NCBI GenBank assembly: GCA_964016885.1
Contig: OZ024758.1
Coordinates: forward strand, 29,760,001-29,824,000
Length of the DNA stretch: 64,000 bases
From: Eledone cirrhosa
Lineage: Eukaryota
Direction: 5' to 3'
In this document: one piece after another, positions 51,294 to 62,544 of the stretch
How positions within the stretch are numbered: the first letter of the stretch is position 1
Layout: each line of letters starts with the position of its first letter
Program-made: the position numbers and the translations under genes
Notes under the pieces: model-generated
Databases searched by the model: none
Seen by the model: the letters and a program-made list of their open reading frames with translations, nothing else
What the model was told of the DNA's origin: nothing

Positions 51294-51646
51294 GGAGGCA
51301 CATGGCTTAGTGGTTAGAGCATTGGCCTTGCAATCGAAAGGTTGTGAGTTCAATTCTCAGACCGGCTGATGTGTTGTTTCCTTGAGCAAGACACTTTATT
51401 TCACATTGCTCCAGTTTACTCAGCTGTAGAAATGAGATGATAGGGACTGGGGTCCCTATCATTCCACTGCAAAGTGGTCGTGGAGGTGCCACGGCAAAAA
51501 AGCACCCAGCACTCACTGTAAATGAGGTTGGTGTTAGGAAGGGCATCCAGCTGTAGAAATCAAGCCAGAATCAGTTCCCGTCCCACCCTTGCAAGCAGGG
51601 AAAAGTGGACGTAAAATGAAATGATGATGATGAAAATGATGATGAT
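51294..51646 (+). mobile_element. SINE family A, most complete copy
   Basis: TGGCTTAGTGGTTAGAGC A box, GAGTTCAATTC B box, CORE-like block, 11-bp hairpin, RTE-shared 3' part and (TGA)n tail. Confidence 0.9.
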
Positions 51647-52235
51647 ACACATACGACTGAAAAGTTAATAGGCTGACCAAGATACTCTCATGGGGTTTTA
51701 CTCGTATTTGTGACAATGAAACACCACCACTTTCATAGTTTCATCACCTCAGGAGATGTAGTCAGGAGCAGTCAGGTTTCTCCAGTCACCTGTTCTGATG
51801 TTTCCTGTGTTGTAGTGTTGTTAGTACTTTGGCAGGTGGCGGTGGTGTTGATCATGTCTTTTGTTGCTGGATTGAAGAGTCACTTGCACATAGGAGGGTG
51901 AGACAACTATCATCTGACAAGATGAAGCCATCATCATAATCAAATGAGGTTTGTTTTTAAACATAGTCCCTAGTAAGAAACAATGCAGTTATTAATAAGA
52001 GTTGAAATTAATGCATGCAAGATTTCACAGCTCTAGCATCATTCCTTCATAGTCAGCCTATGAGCTTTTCAGCCTATTCTTGTATGTAGGTATATATAGT
52101 TTTCAACTAGCAATAACCACACCACACCACAGATAACCCTCATTGGCTATGGTACCGTAAATATAAAAATATACTATACTAGGATCCATATATAGAATAT
52201 AATATCTAGACAAGAGATCCACAAACATTTTAGAC

Positions 52236-55200
52236 CAGGGGTTCCCAACCTTTTGTGCATCATGCCCCACCCCAGCAAATTGTTATGTCTCACTTTGACA
52301 TGAAAACAGCAATGATCAACTACAAAGTGTAAATAAATTGTTGTATAGATGTACAATAACATATGGAGGAGGTGAGGCAGGAGTTTCTGACAGTAATGTG
52401 TACTATATAGGTGGTGCCAGATGTAGAATAACATGTGGAGGAGGTGAGGCAGGAGTTTCTGACAGTAATGTCTACCATATAGGTGGTACCAGATGTATAA
52501 TAATATGTGTGGAGGAGGTGAGACAGGAGTTTCTGACAGTAATGTGTACCATATAGGTGGTACCAGATGTACAATAACATATGGAGGAGGTGAGACAGGA
52601 GTTTCTGACAGTAATGTGTACCATATAGGTGATGCCAGATGTACAATAACATGTGTGGAGGAGGTGAGACAGGAGTTTCTGACAGTAATGTGTACCATAT
52701 AGATGGTGTCAGATGTACAATAACATATGGTGGAGGTGAGGCAGGAGTTTCTGACAGTAATGTCTACCATATAGGTGGTACCAGATGTACAATAACATGT
52801 GTGGAGGAGGTGAGACAGGAGTTTCTGACAGTAATGTGTTCCATATAGATGGTGTCAGATGTACAATAAAATATGGAGGAGGTGAGGCAGGAGTTTCTGA
52901 CAGTAATGTCTACCATATAGGTGGTACCAGATGTACAATAACATATGGAGGAGGTGAGGCAGGAGTTTCTGACAGTAATGTGTACCATATAGGTGGTACC
53001 AGATGTACAATAACATGTATGGAGGAGGTGAGACAGGAGTTTCTGACAGTAATGTCTACCATATAGGTGGTACCAGATGTACAATAACATGTGTGGAGGA
53101 GGTGAAACAGGAGTTTCTGACAGTAATGTCTACCATATAGGCGGTGTCAGATGTACAATAAGATATGGAGGAGGTGAGACAGGAGTTTCTGACAGTAATG
53201 TCTACCATATAGGTGGTACCAGATGTACAATAACATATGGAGGAGGTGAGACAGGAGTTTCTGACAGTAATGTGTACCATATAGGTGGTACCAGATGTAC
53301 AATAACATATGGAGGAGGTGAGACAGGAGTTTCTGACAGTAATGTCTACCATATAGGTGGTACCAGATGTACAATAACATATGGAGGAGGTGAGGCAGGA
53401 GTTTCTGACAGTAATGTGTACCATATAGGTGGTACCAGATGTACAATAACATATGGAGGAGGTGAGACAGGAGTTTCTGACAGTAATGTGTACCATATAG
53501 GTGGTACCAGATGTACAATAACATATGGAGGAGGTGAGACAGGAGTTTCTGACAGTAATGTCTACCATATAGGTGGTACCAGATGTACAATAACATATGG
53601 AGGAGGTGAGGCAGGAGTTTCTGACAGTAATGTGTACCATATAGGTGGTACCAGATGTACAATAACATATGGAGGAGGTGAGACAGGAGTTTCTGACAGT
53701 AATGTGTACCATATAGGTGGTACCAGATGTACAATAACATATGGAGGAGGTGAGACAGGAGTTTCTGACAGTAATGTGTACCATATAGGTGGTGTCAGAT
53801 GTACAATAACATATGGAGGAGGTGAGACAGGAGTTTCTGACAGTAATGTGTACCATATAGGTGGTACCAGATGTACAATAACATATGGAGGAGGTGAGAC
53901 AGGAGTTTCTGACAGTAATGTGTACCATATAGGTGGTACCAGATGTACAATAACATATGGAGGAGGTGAGACAGGAGTTTCTGACAGTAATGTGTACCAT
54001 ATAGGTGGTACCAGATGTACAATAACATATGGAGGAGGTGAGACAGGAGTTTCTGACAGTAATGTGTACCATATAGGTGATGCCAGATGTACAATAACAT
54101 GTGTGGAGGAGGTGAGACAGGAGTTTCTGACAGTAATGTGTACCATATAGGTGGTGTCAGATGTACAATAACATATGGAGGAGGTGAGACAGGAGTTTCT
54201 GACAGTAATGTCTACCATATAGGTGGTACCAGATGTACAATAACATATGGAGGAGGTGAGACAGGAGTTTCTGACAGTAATGTGTACCATATAGGTGGTA
54301 CCAGATGTACAATAACATATGGAGGAGGTGAGACAGGAGTTTCTGACAGTAATGTCTACCATATAGGTGGTACCAGATGTACAATAACATATGGAGGAGG
54401 TGAGGCAGGAGTTTCTGACAGTAATGTGTACCATATAGGTGGTACCAGATGTACAATAACATATGGAGGAGGTGAGACAGGAGTTTCTGACAGTAATGTG
54501 TACCATATAGGTGGTACCAGATGTACAATAACATATGGAGGAGGTGAGGCAGGAGTTTCTGACAGTAATGTGTACCATATAGGTGGTACCAGATGTACAA
54601 TAACATATGGAGGAGGTGAGACAGGAGTTTCTGACAGTAATGTCTACCATATAGGTGGTACCAGATGTACAATAACATATGGAGGAGGTGAGGCAGGAGT
54701 TTCTGACAGTAATGTGTACCATATAGGTGGTACCAGATGTACAATAACATGTGTGGAGGAGGTGCGACAGGAGTTTCTGACAGTAATGTGTACCATATAG
54801 GTGGTACCAGATGTACAATAACATGTGTGGAGGAGGTGAGACAGGAGTTTCTGACAGTAATGTGTACCATATAGGTGGTACCAGATGTACAATAACATGT
54901 GGAGGAGGTGAGACAGGAGTTTCTGACAGTAATGTGTACCATATAGGTGGTACCAGATGTACAATAACATGTGTGGAGGAGGTGAGACAGGAGTTTCTGA
55001 CAGTAATGTGTACCATATAGGTGGTACCAGATGTACAATAACATGTGTGGAGGAGGTGAGACAGGAGTTTCTGACAGTAATGTGTACCATATAGGTGGTA
55101 CCAGATGTACAATAACATGTGGAGGAGGTGAGACAGGAGTTTCTGACAGTAATGTGTACCATATAGGTGGTACCAGATGTACAATAACATGTGTGGAGGA

Positions 55201-55408
55201 GGTGAGACTGTCAGTTTCTGACAGTAATTTGTACCAGATGTACAATAACATATGGAGGAGGTGAGACAGGAGTTTCTGACAGTAATGTGTACCATTAAAA
55301 GTAATAAAGTAAAACCTGATGTTTGTTTCACTAATATCATTTTCAAATGGCCCCCTTAAATATTCAAATTGCCTCCCTGTGGAGTGTGTGCCCCACGTTG
55401 GGAATCAG
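52236..55408. mobile_element. hAT (Charlie-like) MITE carrying an internal minisatellite
   Basis: Left TIR CAGGGGTTCCCAAC, degenerate right TIR GTTGGGAATCAG, and a perfect 8-bp TSD TTTTAGAC at 52228-35 and 55409-16. Confidence 0.8.
52347..55295. repeat. 72-bp minisatellite, about 41 copies with 74-bp variants
   Basis: Consensus AGATGTACAATAACATATGGAGGAGGTGAGACAGGAGTTTCTGACAGTAATGTGTACCATATAGGTGGTACC. Confidence 0.98.
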
Positions 55409-55547
55409 TTTTAGACCCAACCCCTGACATGCAATCTTTAAAAGAAAAAAACCACCTCATCAAGACACTATGGATTTTCTGATTATTTTTGAAAATAATC
55501 AAAAATTGAGATGTATTTAGTAATATTTCTTATTGTTAAGCTGTTGT

Positions 55548-55766
55548 AGGGCAATGGGTTGTCAGAATCGGTAGAGCGTCTTAAAATATGCCTAATGGCA
55601 TAAAGTTAAGGCCCTTTACATTCTGAGGTCAAATCCCTTTGAAGTTATCTTTCCTTTCATCCTTGCAGGGTCGATAAAATAAAGTACCAGTAATGCACTG
55701 GGGTTGATTTAACCAACTTTCCCTTTCCCTAAAAATTGTTGGCCTCCTAAATCAGAAACCATTATT
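55548..55766 (+). mobile_element. SINE family B, long-tail variant
   Basis: Shared central block plus an extra GGTTGATTTAACCAACTTTCCC segment, also seen at 56885-57090. Confidence 0.8.
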
Positions 55767-56326
55767 GAGCTGGTGTTTGTAACATAACTTAACAAAGTTT
55801 CTTACATAAAAGTATGATGGAAGGTTTTTTTAAAAGATATATATGAACACGGGAAAACAAATATTCTGTATGATAGCACGAGGGGTTCAAACAGTTTGGT
55901 ATCAAAACAGCTAGGACGATGATGACCAGCACCTTCGGTTCACTACCATCTTGTAGCATTTGGTCTATGGCTCCTTAGCTACCACTAGTTGTTAGTTTAT
56001 AAACAAGGCAATCTGTTGTTCTTTCATTGTTATCCTGATCTATTGATGTCTAATTTAGTATTACTGTGCAGAACTGTATCAATTATATCAGAGAATATCT
56101 GTTTCCCTTCTGACTGATATCTCCCATATCTCCCATATGTTCCATGACTTTTTATCAAAATCTCTAAAATTTCAATAGCACTGCTATCTTTCTACGTCTT
56201 GCATTTATTGAATCATTATTTGAAACTTTTATTTTGCTCCTGTGTCCTTGTATTTCTTTTTTTGCATTCTTCAAGTTGTTTATAACGAAATAAATATTGA
56301 ATAACTTTCTACTGAATTATTTGTAC

Positions 56327-56585
56327 TAGAACCGGATTTACCATAATACCAGTGCCATTGAAATGGCAGTATAATATTTCAATGGCACTGCTATATTATA
56401 AAAATATAATATATCCCAAACCATAAGTATATGGCCATTGCAAAAGAATTACAAAAAAACAACCCTCCCCCACAAAAATAAACTCCATATATATGTTGGA
56501 TACTGAAACATGCCAACATTTCTATAAATTTGGGGGCCCACTGATGAGTTTGGCTAGGGCCCACAAGTAGACAAATCCTGCCCTG
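56327..56585. mobile_element. decayed hAT/Tip100-like MITE
   Basis: Ends TAGAACCGGATTT ... AAATCCTGCCCTG with subterminal GGGCCC motifs; no clear TSD. Confidence 0.4.
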
Positions 56586-56674
56586 CTAGGAGCTATTTTT
56601 TTTTCTTTCTCTTCTCTTGTTTTGTAGATTTACTGTGAATTAAAGGTTTTGTAGCATACATATGCATACACCAT

Positions 56675-56833
56675 GGTAAGGGTCAGACACCATGCTTTGC
56701 AGCATAAAGTTATGGCCCTTTATGTTCTGAGTTCAAATCCCGCCGAGGTTAACTTTGCCTTTCATCCTTACAGGGTCAATAAAATAAAGTACCAGTCATG
56801 CTGGGCTTGTGCCAGAAAGTAGAAACAATTATT
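56675..56833 (+). mobile_element. SINE family B
   Basis: GAGTTCAAATCCCGCCGAGGTTAACTTTGCCTTTCATCC...AGAAACAATTATT. Confidence 0.85.
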
Positions 56834-56884
56834 TTACTTGCAAACTCTAGTTGCAGTTGGGTGTGATAACTGGGTATTTTATTT

Positions 56885-57090
56885 ATAATGGTTTCAGATT
56901 TAAGCACAAGGCCAGCAATTTAGAAGGAGGGGAAAGTTAATCAAATCGACCTCGTGCGTGACTGGTACTTTATTTTATCGACCCTGTAAGGATGACAGAC
57001 AAAGCTAACCTCGATGGGATTTGAATTCAGAATGCAAAGGGCAGTAACACTATGCCACAAAGCAGGGTGTCCGACGTTCTACCGATGCTA
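56885..57090 (-). mobile_element. SINE family B, long-tail variant
   Basis: Reverse-complement match to family B. Confidence 0.82.
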
Positions 57091-57715
57091 TACATAATGT
57101 CTTACAGCTTGGAAAACATTCTATAGACCCAAGTTTCTGCAGACTTCACTTGCATCAGGTGCAAATGCATTTTAGTTCCTTTGCTGACCTGCAATTCATA
57201 TACATACAGAACTGTACATTTAATCAGTAGTTTCGTTGGGGTCTACTTCAGGCATTGATATGTATTGTGTTGAGTTTTTCTTTTGTGTGTGGGGGCTGGG
57301 GGCAATGTCCAAAACCATTCTGAGCAGCACAAGCTCTAGCTATGCTCTTGTATTTGACAGAGGTTTTGTTAACATGCATAAACCATATATATAATACATC
57401 AACATCATCATTTTTATGCCTATGAGTCTTCACCCTATTTTATAAGCTAATTTATAGCATCACCGTGCATGAGCACACCACTTTTTATATTAACTTTATC
57501 CCCTCAGCGCTTTGTAAAAGTCCGAGAGATCAGTTACGCATATAAAGTAGAATGTATTTCATTAGAAATACGGTCATAAAAGGGTTAAAGCTAGTCATGA
57601 AACCAATAATGATTATTTTATATTTTTTTCCTGTCTTTCTAGGAACTGAACACAGCAAGTTGATTGAAGTTTCCAGGTAAATTTCTCTGATCTACAATTT
57701 AATATATAAAGAGTG

Positions 57716-58615
57716 GTTGACAAAATAAGAATATACTTCTTGGCAATACTCCCATAGTTTCTCAAATATCTGCTGCAGTGTGAATAATTTGGTCGGCTGT
57801 GCTGCGTCCGGGGTGAAAACCACATTATTCATCAGCTGGACTCAACATTCTCCCTGCATCTCTTTGCCAGACAGCATAGAGTTTACCCTCTGTCACTGGA
57901 ACACTCTCTCTTGCCTCCCTTTTTGAAAATTGGGATAATCATTTCCGATTGCCATTGCTTAGGTGCCCTTCCAGAGATCCAGGCGACCCAGCACACATGA
58001 GTCAGTCAGAGAATACCTTCTCTATTTAAGGCTTTTAACATCTTGGGCCGGATTTCATATTTCCCAGTAGCTTTGAGATCTTTAACTGCTCTTGTGACCT
58101 CAACCTCTGAGAGATTAGTCACTGCGCCTAGATGCAACTCATGTATATCCGAAGATGCTGATGTGATCGGGATTAGGAGATCAGCAAAGTATTCTCTCCA
58201 CCTCATGAGGATGCACCTCTCTGAAGAGAAGAGAGCCCCAGACAGGTTCTTGATAGCAGGTGTGGAGATGGGCTTCTTACTACGAAGTTGACGGATGGTC
58301 TGCTTGAACACTTTATTTTCTGATCTGATGTCGGATTCCAGCTTAACACCAAAGTCTTCCCATGTCTTTGGATGCTTTTAGTCTCTGCTGCGATTCTTCA
58401 AGCCTGCGTGTACCGCAAGTGCAAGAAGGAGGACTTATTTTCAAGCCAAGCTTTGTAAGCCTCCTTCTTTACTTGGATGGCATTTTTAACCTCTTGATTA
58501 AACCTAAGAGACTTCCAGCCATCCGGTGCCACACCAAACCTCTTTCGCTCACAACATTATACAGCTGAAGCAGAAACTGCTGCGCTGAACAATCTCCACT
58601 CCGTCTCAACATCAT
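57716..58615 (-). pseudogene. inverted 5' part of a decayed RTE LINE ORF (EN-RT linker to start of RT)
   Basis: Minus-strand pieces: DDVETEWRLF..KKEAYKAWL, RWREYFADLL, IIPIFKKG, CGFHPGRSTADQ, LFTLQQIFEKLWEYCQEVYSYFVN; contains stops and frameshifts. Confidence 0.88.
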
Positions 58616-58836
58616 CAGTTTGCTGCCACATTCCAAGAAAAATGCAAGACAGTACATATCAGATTTACTTAAACCAAAAAGTGTGACATGAGGTTGGGTG
58701 GGACATCCTATCAGCTACGTTACTGTGCTGACCTCCAGCAAATGTCAGGTGGATGAGAGCAGGCCCATTCAAAGCTGGTAATAAATAAGTCCCTGGCCAA
58801 ATGGGAAGTGTACATCATAATTGTAGATAACTAGAG

Positions 58837-60082
58837 CTTGAGAAAGCATAGGACCATGTTCCTGGGGACCTGCTGTGAAAGGCTGTGCAGGAGTAGGGGA
58901 TTGATGGGCAGCTTCTTGTTGCCCTGATGTCTCAATACGAATACCAGAGTATTTGTGTTCGGATAAATGGTGCTAAATCAAAACCATCCAATGTGGGAGT
59001 CGGACTCTGCCATAGGTGCGTACTGTCACTCCTGCTCGCGGTGGATTGGCAGTATCGGTAGAGGGCCGGACGCCATGCTTTGCAGCAAAGAGTTACGGCC
59101 CTTTATGGGCTGAGTTCAAATCTCGCCGAGGTTAGCTTTGGCTTTCATCCTTACGGGGTCGATAAAATAAAGTACCAGTAATACACTGAGATAATTGCTG
59201 GCCTTGTGCCAAAATTAGAAACAATTATTTATGTGAACAGGATTAAGATGCGCAGCTGGGTTGGAAGTGGTATAAGGACTGGTAGGTGTAAAATCAGTTG
59301 GCTGGAATTTGCAGATGACATATCATCATCATCATCACCGTTTTACATAGTGTTACTTAACTCAACAGAAGATGATCTTCTACTTGCACTTGATAGGTTT
59401 GATACCAGGTGCTGCACGGCAGGAATGAAAATCAGTACTGCAAAGACTGAGACACTTGTCCTCTCAAGGAAGCCTGCGCAGTGCATGGTACATGTGAAGG
59501 GAGTTCCACTAAAGCAGGTAGCGAAGTTCAACTATCTTGGGGCCATGTTCATGAATGATGGAAGGCAGGAGGCTGAATTAAGTGCAGGAATTGCAAAAAC
59601 TGGTGCAGTAATGCGCCAGTTTCATCATTCATTAGTCAGAAGGGAGGTAGGTGTAAAAACCAAACTCACTATCTTCAATTCGGTTTTCGTCCTAACCCCT
59701 ACCTATGGTCATGAATCTTGGATAATGACTGAAAGAATACAATTGCAAATACAAGTGGCCGAAATGAGATTCCTCCGAAGGGTCTTTGGAGTTATGTTAC
59801 TTCTCCGAATTAAAAGATCACAGCTCTGATAATATGAGCATGTGGTTAGAATGTCTCAGGAAAGAATTGGTGGACAGATTTTATAGGGGAAAAACCAACA
59901 GGTAGGAGACCCAGGGGTAGACCCTGAGCAAGATGGTTGGATAACATCCATGAGCTTGGTTGGTCACGCTTGGGGATCCAGCCAGATCAGTTGGAGACAG
60001 TTGTTTCTGACAGGACCCACTGGAAGGAGTGTTTGAGGACTGCCCCTATGACCCTCTCAGGAATAAGTGGGTGAAGAAGAAG
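58837..60082 (+). pseudogene. 3' part of the same RTE LINE (reverse transcriptase to (GAA)n tail)
   Basis: LEKA*DHVP, VGVGLCHRCVLSLLL, FADD (59308-19), KTETLV, FNYLG, YGHESW, AEMRFLRRV, GRRPRGRP-like; several stops. Confidence 0.92.
59038..59229 (+). mobile_element. SINE family B inserted into the RT coding region
   Basis: Splits ...LSLLL from IIYVNRI...; full-length family B sequence. Confidence 0.88.
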
Positions 60083-60974
60083 ATATAAAGAGTGATCATT
60101 TAAAATTATTTCTGAAATTTAGAGCCAAGTTAAGTCCTTTTCAATTTCTAAAAACCTAAAAGATTATGGTGCCCTCATTACACCCCTATAAAGTCTGCAA
60201 AACAAAAAACAAACAAAATTGAGGCTGGGGGAACGATAAATGCATTTAGTTTCAATAAAATTTATTAAATACAAAAAAAAATATATATATATATATATAT
60301 CCAAAATTAAATTAAGGGTGTCATGACCGAGAGACATGCGCCATATCCACTGTAGAATAAGCTCAAAGATTCCAATGAATAGATCCGAGCATTTTATATC
60401 AACTAGAAATTGATTAGCATATATCTATATCTAAAATAAACACACAAAACAATCATAGGGAATAATTTGTAAAGTGTGTAAGCACACACAGCTAGGTAGG
60501 TAACTAACTAAAGTTTAGCTAGAACTTCAAATATAGATACCTTTTAAAATGATTAATCTTCCTTGTATATATTTCATTAAAGAGATATATTTCACCATTA
60601 ATCGATAAATCACAGTAGTCAAATATCGGATTTTCAACAAGGGAGAAGATTTAACTGTCTGTGTTTACACAGCAAATGCAAATCTGCGAATGATCCGTAG
60701 CACGTGTTGCACTTTTTAAAAAATACACACATCGTACCAGTGTCGTGAATAGGATTATCGACAGCTAGAAATAGCAGCCGAGTCCTTTCAACTGAGTTAG
60801 CTCTACAATTAAGGGGCCGTATATATATCCAAAATTAAATTAAGGGTGTCATGTCATTTTAAAAGGTATCTATATTTGAAGTTCTAGTTAAACTTTAATT
60901 AGTTACCTACCTAGCTGTGTGTGCTTACACACTTTACAAAATTATCACCTGTGATTGTTTTGTGTGTTTATTTT

Positions 60975-61008
<34 letters not shown>

Positions 61009-61010
<2 letters not shown>

Positions 61011-61134
61011 AAGGCGGGTAAAATTCCCGAGATCCATGGATGAGTTCTCTCCAGCGGTCTCTGTCCCTCATTATCGCTGCCATGTCCTGCATCTCCAACA
61101 GACCAGTGTCTGTCCTTAGGGCATCAACATACGA
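61009..61134 (-). mobile_element. 3' end of a third RTE-type LINE family within (TA)n
   Basis: Minus frame SYVDALRTDTGLLEMQDMAAIMRDRDRWRELIHGSREFYPP* (DTG...MxDRxxWR). The stop codon abuts a TA run. Confidence 0.75.
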
Positions 61135-61166
61135 GATATATATATATATGTCAATCAATTTCTAGT

Positions 61167-61167
<1 letters not shown>

Positions 61168-61252
<85 letters not shown>
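61168..61252. repeat. pure (TA)n microsatellite, about 40 units
   Basis: Direct reading. Confidence 0.97.
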
Positions 61253-61255
<3 letters not shown>

Positions 61256-62072
61256 CTGCATTGCCGTGGCTTTCAAACTTCGAATTCTTTAAATTAATTC
61301 AATTTTTTTCTTTTTCACGAAAAGTTTTTATTACAATCTATATTTGTAGTTATTTTAATTGCACACACACACACACACACATGTACGCACAACAAACACA
61401 TATATACATACATACGCACACATATATGTATGTGTGTGTGTGTATGTGTATTTTCATTTGTTGTCGGCCCTCTTTTTGTTAACCTCCGTTCTACTGCATT
61501 ATATACTTATTGGTAAAGCCAATATTGGAAAAAATATCCGTTGTGTGTCTCTCTTCTTTTGACGTCCTAAGCATGTACTTCTCTTGCTTATTGATCAACC
61601 CATCCTTGACTGCTATGGTGAAAGAGATTGTATAGAAGACAAGACTGAAGAACACCTTCTATTTCGACTAGGTAGACATCAACTTCAAGTTCCACCCGGA
61701 GAGAAAGGTGAGAGTGATGAAGGAAGAGCTGACCCAGTGACGTAGCTAGAGTTCGTACCGCCCACCTGGAACAGTTTTTCAGTTTGCCACCACATTCCAC
61801 GAAAAATGCAACACAATACATATCAGATTTACTTAAACCAAAAAGTATGATACGAATGGGTGGGACATCCTATTAGCTACGTTACTGTGCTGACCTCCAG
61901 CGAATGTCAGGTGGATGAGAGCAGGCCCATTCAAAGCTGGTAATAAATAAGTCCCTGGCCAAATGTGAAGTGTACATCATAATCCGAACTGCTAATTAAA
62001 TATTTTAGTTTTCCATCCAGCCGTTCTCGATTTACTATAACATAAAGTTTTAGCAACTATGCTGGTTTTATG

Positions 62073-62279
62073 CAGGGCCGGACCTTCACCTGCAGAGGTC
62101 CTAAGCTATATGAGATTTGAGGCCCTTCTCTAAAAATTCGGGTAAAAAATCTAAAATAATTATTATTTATTAATGATTTCAAAACAAAATTAGTTACAGA
62201 ATGTTCCTTTAGTGTTAAAAAATAAACATATTTTAAAAAATGAGCCCTAAGTTATAGCTTATAGGTAAGTTCAGCACTG
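62073..62279. mobile_element. hAT/Tip100-like MITE
   Basis: Ends CAGGGCCGGA / TTCAGCACTG; 8-bp TSD GTTTTATG / GTTTTAGG with 1 mismatch. Confidence 0.65.
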
Positions 62280-62405
62280 GTTTTAGGCCTAACTGCCCAC
62301 GTTGGTCAAATGCGGGTTGGTCAGGGAGCGCAAAGAACCAGAACAAATACTACAAACCATCTCATTTGACCCTTTAATAATTCCGCCTGACAAATGCCGT
62401 GGACG

Positions 62406-62544
62406 GGTACTTTAATTTATCGAATCCCAAAAGGAAAAAGAAAAGTTAACCTCGGTGGGATTTGAAAGTAGGGAGCAGAGAACAAGAAGAAATACTGCAA
62501 AGCATATAACCCGACACTCAAGCGATTTTGCTAATTCGCCGCCT
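62406..62544 (-). mobile_element. old, diverged SINE family B copy
   Basis: GGTACTTTAATTTATCGA...AAAGTTAACCTCGGTGGGATTTGAA...CTAATTCGCCGCC. Confidence 0.65.

Noticed and set aside
51294-51370. tRNA genes at SINE heads
   Set aside because: A/B boxes run into SINE bodies; no complete cloverleaf.
45143-51716. Short ORFs with shared peptides (AGCFFAVAPPRPL, KKHPAH)
   Set aside because: Translations of SINE family A and the RTE 3'UTR, not a gene family.
51700-51940. Possible exon or LINE fragment
   Set aside because: No recognisable protein motif or convincing splice sites on either strand.
52174-55346. Long repetitive ORFs (up to 594 aa; GGGETGVSDSNVYHIGGTRCTITY etc.)
   Set aside because: Artefact of a 72-bp unit that is stop-free in several frames on both strands. 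The 74-bp variants shift frame freely, and the array lies inside a MITE.
56537-56575. CCCACTGATGAG as another hammerhead
   Set aside because: No stem II followed by GAAA downstream.
57150-57157. TTGCATCA as an ATF4 amino-acid response element
   Set aside because: A single 8-mer 6.6 kb upstream among repeats is expected by chance.
59206-59829. 207-aa ORF as a functional reverse transcriptase
   Set aside because: Starts inside a SINE and is a fragment of a stop-ridden, inverted LINE copy.
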